Source of the DNA: Sphagnum compactum
Lineage: Eukaryota
Reading direction: 5' to 3'
Length of the DNA stretch: 64,000 nucleotides
Assembly (NCBI GenBank): GCA_965153455.1
Contig: OZ234494.1
Location: forward strand, 12,710,001 to 12,774,000
In this document: piece by piece, positions 13,390-27,200 of the stretch
Layout: each line of letters starts with the position of its first letter
How positions within the stretch are numbered: position 1 is the first letter of the stretch
Position numbers and translations under genes: made by a program
The notes under the pieces: generated by a model
Databases searched by the model: none
Seen by the model: the letters and a program-made list of their open reading frames with translations, nothing else
What the model was told of the DNA's origin: nothing

Positions 13390-16250
13390 ACATCTTCCAA
13401 CCATTTTAAACTTCTAAAAATTGTTCGCATTGCACTTCATTTGTAAATTCAACGTTTAAATCCTCAATCAAATCCAACTATGCTTCACATACATATGCAA
13501 AGTCAAAAAGATTAAAGCACCCAACACGTGGATCATATGGCCAATTTTTGTTAACAAAAATTAGTTTGTCAAGATTTCCAATAATGGCAAAAATCCCTTT
13601 TGTTTCAATTTGGGAAGCCAAGATGCAAAAAGTTTGTCTTGTTAAAGTAACATTTGTTGGAAACATGTGTTCTTCTCTGTGCCACCATGTCAAGGCACAA
13701 TTGCAACTATCCCCATTAACAAGATACCAATAGTAAATGTATGATTATTTGCCAACAAGGTCTTTCAAAGTGTCTAAAATTGTATTTATGGTGTAAAAGA
13801 AATTTTCATTTCTAGTCTGTAAACTAGATGCATCAAGTTTTTCAACAATAACTAGCATTGCCAACATATCAACCTCCATTAACAAAGGCAACAACAATTC
13901 TTAATCATATTCAACAACCAAAACCATAGCATTATCGTGATCACATAAGTTGTCACTAAGCGCATAGATTTGTATATGGGATTCAACATTAATGTTAGCA
14001 TATTGAAACCTTTTTTTTCTCAAATGTGTGTAAGAAGAAAGGGAAAGGTTCAAGACTTTTAAAACCTTGCACTTCATGTGGCACATAAGTTTTTCCAATT
14101 CTTGATAAAAAATGGAAGCCTTAGGATCTGCCAAGCTATTATGAATACCCACAACAAGTTTTTCACAAAGAGCAATGTATATAGAAATGATGAAATGTAG
14201 GGCATCTCGAAGGAGGCAATGCCTTCAACTTTGATTCATAACACATCTAGTAATTATAGATGACAAAATCTTCACCACTACTTCGCAAACTACCTAGGTA
14301 TTGATTTTGCAATGCCATGTTTTAACGATTATAACATAAAACAATAGTTAATCGAATCATCAATGCATCTTGGAATAACAAAACTTAGCTTGCAAACCAA
14401 TAGCCTTGAAATTCATAAATTCATGTACCTCCACTTGGTAAGTCTTTAAAAAGTACCAAATTTTGAAAACTTATTATTTGCCAAAAAATTTAGATTTACA
14501 AAATAGATAAACTTTATAATTTCATTTATAAAACTTGAACCACATAGTACAACAAATGAGGTAAGTCCCAAAATTAAACCTAAGAATTTGACCTAACATT
14601 CACACAAAACCAAAACCCAACCTTTAAATTTTTGGAATTAATGCCAAATATTAGAATCCAAACCAAAAACTAGTTGTCTTTTAAAGTCAACCCATAATTA
14701 AATCCAAGTTGACAAATTCTTGACCAAATTGATTGTAAATTATAATTATTAAGATTAAACCCAAACTAAATGAGAACTAAGAACCAACCCAATAGAATGC
14801 TTGTGCAAAAAATTGGATGTGGAACTAACACATGAACTAATATTGCGGAACAAACGCTAATAAAAGTACAACTCAATTTGGAATTAAACATTATTTTCTA
14901 TCTTGAATATTTTCAATCATTGAAATGCAAGTAGAATTGTATCCTTGTTATGGTCTATTTGTAAAAATTGTATTTTTTTTATGATACATAATAGTTTCGT
15001 CCTTTAGCCTATGGAAAATTTAAATTTGTGAAAGGAAAATCTACAAAAATAATCAAAATTAGAAACAAAAAAAGAGGAAAAACAAATCACATACCTTATT
15101 TTCACAAGTATGTTTAATTTCCTAGGCTTCAATCTAACATCTATGCATATTTGTTCCCAAACTTGCCCCCACGCCCGATTTTTTCGGCCAAATAATGCAT
15201 TTAAAATGTCAGCTTGTGCACCCTCAATAGATGCACAACTTAATCCCCAACAAACTTTATCTATAGTGGCATAATAATAGACCTTGGATAGAGTATGCCC
15301 AAAGCAAGAACCACGAAAAGGATTTAATATGCCCAAACTCTTATACGAAACCATTGAATTCAAGGCAATTGTACAAGATTATAACTTGGAACCTTCGTTT
15401 TTAACATATGCAATTTTTTTTGTGTGGAAAAATTTATCAAGGAAAGTTCATAATTTAATGCCATGGTTGCCCCACTAATTTCAATAACCTTGAACAAATT
15501 GACTGTCACATGCTTAGGTTCCCAATTGTTGGATAGGAAATTGACAATGATAAACACGTCATGCACCCTTGCAAACATCCATAAATCAAAAGTACATGTG
15601 GTAGAAAGACATGTAGTTAGTGCAAGCTGTACATATGTCATCAAAGTCCTCTCTACTAAAGTAAGTAGAACCTCCTTCACAAACATTTTTTTTGATGGGA
15701 AAACAACCCTTGGGCATAACCTGTAAGCCATTTGATGCAACCAAATGGATTCAAATGTTCTCATTGGTAAAAACCCTTTTATCACATACAACATTACATC
15801 TTCCAAAAAAATAACTTGGGTTTCATGGTCTTTTTAAAGTTGGTTTGTAAAAGAGAAAAATTTAGAAATTACAATTGGGTTAACATGAGGGCATTTAATG
15901 GCTAGCTCATGCTTAAATGAAAGTTTGGGATGGTTGTTTATTTCTTCCACATACCTCTTTAGTAAGGCACCATGTTCCATATCCACATGTTTCTTCATGG
16001 TAGTTTTGTGTTGGACTTGTGGTAAGCAATGAGCTCCTTGCAACATCTAATGTGTTGAAGCAAAGAGCTATAATGTCAAGACCAACAATTTTGTTGTGAT
16101 AAATAATACAAAAAATTATTTTAGTTTGAGTAAGATCAATGGGTCAATTGTTGTTCAATTGGTAAAAGGCCCATGTGGAGGAATTGTGGTAATGAGGCTT
16201 CCATGTAGCAACATATTTTTTCATATTTATCAAATGCACCTCAAGAACTC
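13390..16250 (-). mobile_element. Decayed hAT-like transposase region, copy 1
   Basis: Fragments MKKHV (BED-finger-like end), MEDVMLYVIKGFLP...TCTFDLWM (first catalytic D context) and TWW...FP...ILASQIET (hAT C-terminal dimerization-like), with many stops and frameshifts. Ends were not identified. Confidence 0.7.
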
Positions 16251-17339
16251 GTTATTCTTCAATTGAATGTTCTTCACCTTCAACACTAGATTACTACTAG
16301 ATCTTGCAATCATTTGCAGGGGATTAAACTCATGCACATTAAAACCAAAACCGTGCAAATCAACCAAAGTGTTCGAAAAATTCATCAAATTTATAATGCA
16401 ATCTATGAAGGAAAGGTTGAAGTGAAAAAACAACAATGGAAGCACTTCAAAAGCTTTTGGGAAACTTGAAATAACAAATTATGTACTTGACAAAACTCTT
16501 GCCGATGAATGAAATAATGAAGATGCTGCACAACACACATGATTTACACCATTTAGCAAAGCTTTTGACAATTTCGACAATTCGAACACCTTGGAAATTC
16601 CAACAATCTCAAGGATTGAATGGAAAAACTTTCAATGACACTTTCAACAATTGTGACCAAGAGATAAAATTGTAAGAAAACATACGCTTTCAAAAAAGCT
16701 TTTGATAATCCTAGGTTTTAGCAAACTAAATAATGAACACCTTGAAAATTCCACCAACTTTGAATTTAGGAGGTCTTAGTGAAACTTTCAACAATCATGA
16801 CCAATAGATAGAATACCAAGAAAATAGAAGCTTTTGACAAAACTTTTGATAACCCTAATCAACACAATTCTCCATTTTTCAACAACTATTGTTAATCATG
16901 ACAAAAACAAATAAAATGCAACCCAAATTCATCAACAAACCAACTAATCATGGAAACACACCTTGAAAAACATGGCAACAAATTAAAAATAGTAAAATAA
17001 TATGAACCTAACCAAAGTAGCCAAATAAGTTACAACTTAACATACAACCTACTCGATTTATCTTTTTTATGAATTTTCCTTTTTTGACCTACCTTTTTTT
17101 GCAAGCTTTCTTTTTCAATTTTTGACCCATATAATGCAAGCCAAACTAGGGTGTTTAAAATGACATCCATCGAAAACTAACATCACAACAAAACCACCTA
17201 TCAACTCAACATTTGTTAAAAAGTAAACAAAAAATTTATCCCCAAATCTTGCACAAATGTGTAGCCTCTTCCCTATTATTGGGGGAGCCAATAATATTTC
17301 AAATACACGTCAAAATTAATCTATCAAATATATATAATA

Positions 17340-18110
17340 TAGTTTATAGATGAAATTGACAACACAAAGATGCAATTATACATGGATGAAATGTGGTCAC
17401 AACATTTTAACCACATCCAATCTTTTGATGAAAATTTGAATATCAATATAGGATATTACGCATGGATGAAATTAACCACACATGTAAGTCCCCATATGGA
17501 TAAATTGATGGATAAAATTGATCACATGATCATGATTGGCCATATGAATGAATTGAATAACATGGATGAATTGACAAAATCAATTAAAAGGGTATAATAA
17601 ACAATACTAATGAAATTGATGATAGAAATAAAGTGGATAATGGATATGATATGATTGAATCATTTTATATGATTTATATCATATAGAACAAGGAGTAATT
17701 TATGAATGAAAATGACAATATTCAAGCAACTAACATGGATGATAAAATTAACATATGGATGAAAATCAAGAACATTTATGAAATGATGAAATATCACATG
17801 CATGAAACAAAATCCTCATCCATATGGTTGGATAACATCCACATGGGCAATAATATATGTGTGATTTCTTCCATGAACCCGATTTCATTGATGTCAGCAA
17901 AGTTTCATCCATTTCGTCAACTAGATTGAGATCAATTACATACATGTAATGTGCTTCATACATCTCATTTACAAGGACATTGCTTTCTTTTCAATTTCAT
18001 TAATGTCTTTTGATTTTACAATTCTCGTCTGTATTACCAACTTTCATCCACATGGTTATATCACACATGTTGTCAACTTCATCCTTACAGTCCACTTTCA
18101 TGGACAAATC
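17340..18110. repeat. Degenerate low-complexity ATGGATGAA / TTCATCCAT motif array
   Basis: Repeated (C)ATGGATGAA(A) motifs at 17340-17800 and reverse-complement-like TTTCATCCA motifs at 17810-18100. Confidence 0.5.
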
Positions 18111-19202
18111 ACACAAAGGACTGGAAGTCATGAAAATGCAATGCACATCATTACATGACGGGAAGGACATTAACATGTCTAATATTTTCTGCTAAGAAAC
18201 CTTCCAATAACATAATTGAAAATGTTGGCATTGTTGTGAAGACCACAGTTGACCAAAGGTGTGGATGAATCAGTTGGCACCCATGCCCACCTAGTATAAC
18301 TTTAAAAATTATTCTGGAACTAAGCAACAATCCTGCCTGGAAAAAAGAGCCAAAATGCCTTCAGAAACAAACTGACAACATGCATTTCAAGATTATCTCT
18401 GGAGTTGTGATAAGGTAAGTGACAAAGTACTCCAAGAAACTGAGTTTCAAACTTCACGGCCAAGGATTCAGTCAACTGCAGAATGCAGTTCGAACTTCAC
18501 AGTGGAAGAGGATTCAGTCAAAACTCCAGGATGGAGTTCAAGCGACATGGTGGAGAATTGAGTCAACTCCAAAGATGCAAACTTCTTGTGGCTGTTTTCT
18601 AAGCAAAATCAAACTGGAATCATTTACAATACTAAAGAGCTTGCAACAAAACTGATGACATCAACCAGATTTCAATCCCCATTCTTGGTCAGGAAACTAG
18701 CCCCCAATATGTACATACAGTAGAGGATTCAGTGAACTCCACCACGATGCAAATTTTTGTGGCTGTTTTCTAGCAAATCAAACTGGAATCGTTTAGGATA
18801 TCAAAAGAGCTTGCAACACAACCTGAACCATACTACTTCCAAATTCAGGGGGGAAAAAAAAAGGCCTTCAAGAGGATACACCATGTGCTCACACAGTGCA
18901 ACTACAGAACACCATATGTAGACATCAACCACATTTTTCAATCCTGATTCTTGGTCAGAACTAGCCCTTAACATGTGTGATAGATAAAAGGGAAGGATAG
19001 GAATCAGCAAACATGATATATAATCTCACAAAGAATTATTCGATATGGACATAAAATTGTTCATGAAGAATGCTAAGGGTATGGATGAACATCATGCTTT
19101 CCAAGATGTGGATGTACATGCTTTCTGAGATGCAGATTTCCATGCTTCCGAGATGCAGATTTGTGCTATTAACTATAATGAGAAAAAATGGGGAGCCAGT
19201 GC

Positions 19203-20324
19203 TCAGAAGTTGGTGACTTTCTTGTTAGGCTCAAAAACATACTTGATGAGAGAATCCTTGATAGACAACATGTGTGGAAATTCGTTTTGAAGCTTGCTGG
19301 CATCGAGCTCATTGTTGCTGCGAGCTGCAACAATCACTTTGGCTTGCTCCTCCAAAGTGAAGTTCTTGTATGTAAAGCTTGGATCCACATACTTTTTGTA
19401 CATATCAAGAATCTCATTGTGGCTCACAACACCAGGATTTGTGAAGTTCCAAATACCTCGCAGATTGCGCTTGCCCATCTCAATCGAAATCGGCAAAAGC
19501 TCATCCAGAATGGTCATGGAGTTGGGTATATTCACCACCTTCTCGTACCGAGTGATCTTGGTGATGAAATTGCGGGGGTTTGTAAGGTCCCCTGTGATGG
19601 GCATTCGCACCCGCAATGTACACACATTGTCAAACTCCTTCAAGAGCTCCTCTACCTGGTGGCCATAGTTCACACAACACAACACAATTTCTCAACAGAG
19701 TTTGCAGCAGCATGACAGACAGAATTGTCAACATGAAAATCTGCAACAAATCATGCTGACTGATCTGTTGCTTGCAGGATAATATGAGAAGGGGGAAGAT
19801 TAGGGTTATGAGTGGGGTTAGATCCCTCTCTCTCTCTCACACACACACACACCCACACTCACCATGGCCTTAGTTCTGGAGTAATAAGAGCCGAAGAAAT
19901 TGGGGGTGTCTTCTTCCTTGAATCCAATGCCACTGCCAAGAGGGTGGTCTTCATCATACTCAAAGATGCAGCCGGTGGCGTAGTTGACCAAGAGAAGGTT
20001 GTGCTGCTTGCACACATCTGCCAGAGTGAGAGTGCCTACCACATTGGCTCGAATGGTGTCGACTTTGTGACTCTCGCACCAGTCAACATTAGGACGTCCT
20101 GTCACCCCTGCAGCATTGAACACATGCGAGGGCTTGACTCGAGCTATGTCCTCTTCTATCTGTGCTCTGTTCTCCAGCCTACCTACACCATACTCATAGT
20201 CTATACCTTGCTCTGTACATAGTTTCCCTAGTAAACCTCCAATCCATCCAGTCCTTCCGTAGATCAGAAACTTGTAGTACTCCGAGTGACCTCCTCCTCC
20301 GTTGCTGTTCAACGAAGCAACCAT
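19203..20324 (-). CDS. UER1: Bifunctional UDP/dTDP-4-keto-6-deoxyglucose 3,5-epimerase/4-reductase (rhamnose synthesis)
   Basis: Two exons, 20324-19863 and 19655-19203. Motifs KFLIYGRTGWIGG, FNAAGVTGRPNVDWCE, ATGCIFEYD, GSYYSRTKAM|VEELL and LRVRMPI match NRS/ER (UER1). Confidence 0.95.
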
Positions 20325-22421
20325 GTTTCTCGGATTTTGCGAGAGATCTTCGACACAGTTTTAGAGATCCTTGGGTGAAGCCCCTCCTCGGAAGCAGCAG
20401 AGTTGAAGCTGAATATCTACCCCCAAAAAAGCAGGAAATCATCCACACCAGAGCTTTAAAAACCTCCTTCAGTTGTCAAGGAAAATAATAGAAGGAAATC
20501 ACCAAAAGGACGAGGATCAATCTGTAACAAGATCTAAACCAGAGATGCAAATTGCTTCATTAAACACCCAAGACCAAGATTTTTTTTAAAAATATTTTTG
20601 AGAGAGAGCAAACCTTCCATAGACAGATCTGGGAAGCAAAGGACACATCTTACTCTGGAGAAAAAAAGGGAGGGAAAGAAGCAGCAAAATCTCCAGCAAA
20701 CTCCAATCCAAAAAGAACCCCGCCACCCAACAAACTTGGAACCGCAATTGGGACTTCACAGATGTTGTAGAAGAAGAAGAAGAAGATGATGATGATGAAA
20801 ACACAAGAGAAAACGCCAGAGATTCGAGAGAGTGTTCAGATTCCGGCAGCGAAGCAGGCAGGCGCAGACATCACAAAAAAAGAGCAAAATCGGAAAGACG
20901 AAAATCGAAAGGAGCTTGCCTGCAGAAAAATCTTTTGCAGAGATTTTTTGGTTTTTTGGGGGGACTTTTGTGGGAGGTGGGAGTTGGTGTGTAGGGTAAA
21001 GTCCCAGGGAAGGGCCATCTCTCACATAAGTAAGTTAAGGAGCCTACGAGGATGAGGCTGTAGTCCAGTTGGGCAGGATGAAATGCTTAATTATACACCT
21101 TAATAATTTCTCAAAAGTCCTGATTTTTTTAAAAATAATTGTTTAGTGAAATTATGTACATAGGGTAAGGCTTGCTCCCCCAGGTCCTCCCCTACTTTGA
21201 AGGTTGTAACTTGTAACCTTGAGGGCAGTAGCTTGAGAGTTTAAGCCCAAGTATTAGGGGGAGGCCTGTGAGAGCAGACCTTCTTCACCAGTGTAAAGCA
21301 TGAAAGGTTTTTGAACAAAAGGTCCACCTGTGATTCATGGAAGCCGCCCTCAACTAATGAATGAATCTTCTGTGTAGGGAGGTGTGTTCAAACACAAGCC
21401 AAAAAAAACCTTGGAGTGCTTTTACACCTGGGTTTCCGACAGGTGCAAGATCCTCATATGCTCTCTCTTTCTCTCTGAAGCAAGTGTAAGGTGGGCGAGA
21501 GAAAGTATGCTTACTTGTAGATGTAAGTTTCCGAAATGCTCTCACTTTTAAGGAGTAGCAACAATTTCTCTCCCACTATTTTAAATGAGTAGGCAAAAGA
21601 TCTCTCCTCTTTTTCTACAAGAGATAGAAATTCATGGTCATAAGGTGCCCTCCAAATTCAATAAGAACTTTTCAGAGGACAATGCAACCAAAAACCGTAA
21701 AAGAGAACTTTTATTCTCTTCACCCAATTGATTACTCATCCACACACATTCATCATTTTTCAAGCATTCCTCTTCTTTTACTTCTGTCAAAATATATATA
21801 TTTTTTGGTTCTACAAAACAACCTTGGGTGCATTTGGCACTAGGGTATAAAGTTTTAAAAACCCTAAAATAAAATTGGCTCTTTCTAAATCCTTCATTCT
21901 AAATCAGAGTCTCCAAGTTCAAATTTAACATTTCCCAGTTTGAGTACAGCCATGTGTAAAGTACTCCTATATTTGGAGAGCATGAATATCCCTCCCTAGT
22001 GAGGGATATCAGACCTACATCTTAAGGGATCTTACACCTACTTGTAGGCATAAGATCCCTCTCTCTCTCTCTTAAGGAACAGGTGTAAAAATCAGTGTTG
22101 CATGGGTATTTTATTTTGCTAATAATAATTGCTAGTTCCATTTATTATTATTATTATTATTATTATTTCAGAATTAGACAACCATCAGTTCTGATTTTAG
22201 TTCTGATCTTTTTGAAGAAAATCAGAATCAAAGAATCCTGAATTCAGGTTCTTTTGAAAACCTCAAAGGAATGAATGGTGGTTCTCATGAAAGAACAGAT
22301 AAAAAGACTGGCAGTTTTGTAGGTGATTATTTGATTATTTTCAAATTTTTGAGAATTGTGGTTGCATAGGTATCGGAACTAGATCGATCTTTGATTATTT
22401 TGTGAGAATCATGGTAAGAAT

Positions 22422-22735
22422 CAGGGTTTTTTTTTTTTTTCTCAATTTTGTGATGTAGCTGAAGTGGTGACCATCGATAAGATGGTTTAGCCAGATTCGG
22501 CTACAGACTAGATATGAAAGTAGAAAAAAAAACAGAATCCTTCTATATTCTTGGCTACCTACTGAAACTTATCGTGTAAATCTGGTGATCTGGAAACTTT
22601 TTTTTTTTTCGTAATCTGGCGAATTTGGGCCATTTTTTCATGGAAAATCCTTTGTATAGGTTGAAAATCATGTTTTCCAGGTCAAAATTCGATGAAATTT
22701 CAGCCCTCTCCCCCCCCCCCAAAAAAAAAACACTG
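22422..22735. mobile_element. Non-autonomous MITE, probably hAT type
   Basis: Termini CAGGGTTTTTTT...AAAAAAACACTG; flanks GTAAGAAT and GTAATAAC match at 6 of 8 (degenerate 8-bp TSD). An internal TAGCCAGATTCGGCTA motif is shared with other repeats in the window. Confidence 0.6.
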
Positions 22736-24233
22736 GTAATAACTGCATTGAAACCTAAGGGGCTAAATCAAGTGTTTTTGAGATTCGCAATAGCCACATT
22801 TAGAACCAAAATTTAAGAAAAATCACTAGAACAAGTTTGTCAAACACAACTTGATGGCCACCCAATTGTTAAACAAAAAGATTTTTTTTTCCTTATCGAA
22901 CGCAATTGTGTGGTCATTCAATTGTGTATGACAATTATGTCTACTATACACAACTAGGTGGCTACCTAATCGTTACAAAAAAAAATTCCCCTTGGGAAGG
23001 GTGCAATTGGGTGGCCACTCGGTTAATAATTATATAATAGTAATAATATTATTATGATTTTTAATTATTTTAAATATTATTTAATTATTTTAACATTTTC
23101 ATTATTTTTTTAGTATAAATGACCTGTAGATGATCATTTCGCACCATCTAATTTTTTTCATTGAATTTGAAAAAATAATTCAAAATGTTTTTGAATAAAA
23201 TGATAAGATAAAAATTTACATCTTTACCAAACAATCCCCATGCAACAAGCAGCTCATAGAGCTCTGGATCTGCCCTTAATGGCAAATCCAAACAAAGTTA
23301 TGAGAAATGATGAAACCAAGTAACATGGAACCTTAGGTAATTTCATTGCCTACAGAAAATTTGATTAAAACAACCAGTTTAAGGAGCATAGCTAGGTCTT
23401 CAACTATCACCCATACATTGGTTCCAAGGTCTGGCAAAAAAATTACCCCGATATCTTGCACCAATGCAAAGGCTCTTTCCTCTGGGCAGAGCTAACAAGA
23501 TTTGACCTTCCTCTAGAATATGGAAGTTTGGGCTATCTAGTTCACAAGCACATGGGAGTATGAGATAATTTTTAGGACTAGATGTGGGCTTCATAGTAAA
23601 CAATTGAGAGATACACACACAAATGCATCTCAGACCAAGCCCAGTTGACTTATTTAATGACTACAGATGGAAAGTTCACTTCTACTCTAATGAAGACTTT
23701 GTCAAAGTGCTGTGTAACCAACTAAACAAAACTCCATGAACAAGTCTGAACAGGTGAACTGAAACCATGAAGGCATATCAACACAAGGCTCTTAACCAGG
23801 AAGGAATTTAACAGGTATTGTTGGTCACCTCACCCCAGAGACCCAAATCCATGTGCCAGATAAAACTGGGATGACAAAAGCAACAAATTGTGAAACAAAA
23901 TAGGTGCCAGGCTTAGGGTTTGTACTATGTTGGTCGATGAACACACACATGCTCATTGTATTGAAAGCTTCTCAGTTTTCAAATGAGTGTGTTCAAGTGG
24001 TGAAAACAAGCAACTCATGTGGAACAAGAAAGTAATCATTACAACAAAGCTTATGGAAGCCACAAAATGATGGATCAAGGAGAACCATGGCACCTTCTCC
24101 CTCTTTTCATCCCACAATGACTGCTAAACAACTTGCAGAAATGTGTGAGCACAAAGTAATCTAAAGAAGGTTCCAATAGCAGAAGGCTCTTAGTTACATA
24201 AACCTGGGTATAGAGTTCTCTGAAAGCTGAATG

Positions 24234-27200
24234 TCACCCTCCATAGTCTCCATGAATAAATTTCTCCTCAGGGTAGTATGTTGCAATCACAGTATTGCCT
24301 CCAAACTTGCGACCATGCAATGATGCCTTTGCCTTGGCAGCACCTTGTAAATCTTCATACTCCACAAAAACCTGGTCCTCCCCAAGCATTTAATTTCTAT
24401 CTTAGCTTTCCATGCAGCCAACAAATCAAAAATTGGCTCATCTGATAGACTAGAGGCAAAGAGGAAGATAGATGTCAAGGCCATTAAAAAATGCTTAACA
24501 TGGAAATGATGGAAACTTCTGTGTGGCTAAGATGACACTCATACACAGAAGTTTGGGGTCACTACCATTCCAATGCCAGGAACCTCTTCACCAGTCGGAT
24601 TGGGCCGCGGGATAACCAAATTTATCAATTTTCCTGCTCCACCCCAAAAGCAAACATAGGTAAGATAACTGATAAATATTACTGGATACAATGGGACAGA
24701 GTGATTTGAAATCATTTGATTGACAAAATGAGATTTTGCCTGGCCACCAGGCCTTCACTAGGACTTCAATAAGCTTTAAAAATTCACCATATCTGCCACA
24801 CTCTTCCCTCATGTCTTCAAGAATCTCTTCATACTCATTCTCTTCCTTCAATTCATCAGGAGACACAACCTGCACAAAACAGAGAAGATATTACAATAAG
24901 AAACATGCAACTTACAGAAAAGTTTTCTAACTTGATGAAAATTGGGAGTGCAACTCTAACAGACCAGAGAACAAGATCAAAGCCAGGATCAATGAGAGCA
25001 TCCTCCTGACAGAAAATCCCTACATGCTGCAGCACTTGAGGTGCTGGCTTTATACTTAGGTCATTTCTCAGAACTTAAACTGAAGGCTGATCAGTCATGC
25101 TCAAGAGGAGCGCCGATTGCCCAGCTGCTGGGTACCTCCATGTGTCCACCAAAATGGTAAACACAGCCCCACCACTCCACACCCTCCTACTCATAGACAA
25201 GCGTATGATGATAGTGCACCTGAGAAAGACAAACAACTTTTGTGGGCACCTCCATGAAGGGCACACCATCCATGCCTGAAAGCATGTTCGGCATCATGCT
25301 AGCTCCCAGACCTGAGAGCATCCCAGGAACACTCATTCCCATTGACCCCAAACCCATTGCATTTGCTCCACTGGCTGACAACGCAAGCTTCTGTGCATCC
25401 AACACCAAGAAATCCCTTATTCAGTGTCCAGTGCCAAAATACCAGAGACCAATCAACATGTGTGCTCCACCCTCTGAAATTACTTTCTCATGTTGCCCAT
25501 GTTATATCCAAAAAGAACAAATCCAACATGGCTTACAGGCAATACATATCATCATCTTCCACATGTAGCCTTCATTGGTAATATATACAGGAAGAAAAAG
25601 AGAGGTGTAGAGTATGCAGTTTCATGAGAGGAGAAACCTGCAGGGCGATTTGCTGCTGGGCTTGGACAAGAACATTAGCCAGATCAGGCTTGGGCTGCCC
25701 ACTGAATCCCATGAAGCTATAGATATATTAGCACAAAACCATTAATCATAATCTTAGTTGTGCAACTGAAGTGGGATCATGTCTCAACCAAGCTGACAAA
25801 TTGCATTTGACCTACTACCTGAGATCTTACAACAGTCCCATGGATGTCAGAGTTCAAAACAACCCAACTTCATAACATATGAGAAGGACAAATGAAAGTA
25901 CCATCAAGCTACACAAAGAGAAGAGACCTGTACAGAGGGACAAAGCAGGTAATTCCAACACAGGCAAGCTATCGTTTCTCATGTAAAGAGGAATCCTTGA
26001 TAATAATGAAAAGTCTTGTCTGAGTGTCATTCCCACCTTGCAGAGGCTCTGCGCACAGTCAATGTGCGATCACCCATTTTCAAGCCATTAAGTGCTGCAC
26101 AAGCAATGTCCATCACAGAGGGATCCTGCAATAAATTTCATTCAATGTCAGGCCAGAGTAACCATTTTACATGACCAGAGAGTTTCAAACTACATTTCAC
26201 CACAAAAAATTGCACATTGTAGATATCTCACATAGCTTGGGATTGCAGCTAAGGATCCACAAAACCCAAATATGCAGAGAACAGTGTATATACACCTGGT
26301 AAATACAGAAACCATAGCCTTTGGAGTTTCCAGTGTCCCGATCCTTCACCAGATCAAATCCACGCAGAGGCCTGCATCAGCAAATTTACTCAAATGGGAC
26401 TTCAGAACCTCACCATACACTCATATGTTACAAAACATTTGATAGCAGGTTCCTAGATCTGAAAAGCACTAAGAGAGGGTACAGATGGCAAAATTCAGGG
26501 TCATCCAGCAAAGGTGGTTTAGGGCTTCAAATATGTCCAGACATTAGTTTCCTATTATGACATATGACATCTTGAGGTTGAGCTCCATGTATCTAAACAG
26601 ACACATCAAGTCATTATATAACTCAGGCTGCTCAAATGAAGTGACAGCTAAAGGAACTTCACTCACCCAAATGAGGCCAGTAGATCAATAATTTGTTCTT
26701 CACTAAGATAGTAGGGCAGGCCCCCCACAAAAATGCGGTCAGGTCCATCAGCACCACCTGAGGCCCTGGTTGAAAGAAAATGCCAGGTAAGCAAACATGC
26801 ATGCCAAAATAGACCCAAGAGCACAAAAAGGCTGCATTCTGGTCTGGCTTTGTTTTGTTAGACTGCTGATAAATCCAACAAGATAGGTCCATAGAAATTG
26901 GTTTGACCATAGAAACTCAGATACAGACAAAAATGCAAGTGAAATTGTACCCAGGTGTAAGCCCGACTGCCGCCAGATTCAGATGGCCACTTGGTTGACT
27001 TGGCCCTAGAGTGGCTGCCATTGCAGGGTTGTAGTCACTAGGCCTTCTTACTCGAACTGAAATCCCCTGCATGACAAGGAGAATCCAGTAAGGACAATTG
27101 CATGTGTATCTATCAAATTGCAGAGAAATCTCAACAACAATTTGAAGGTAACACAACAATGAGTGCGGTCATAACCTTATGAGAACAACTCACAAAGTGT

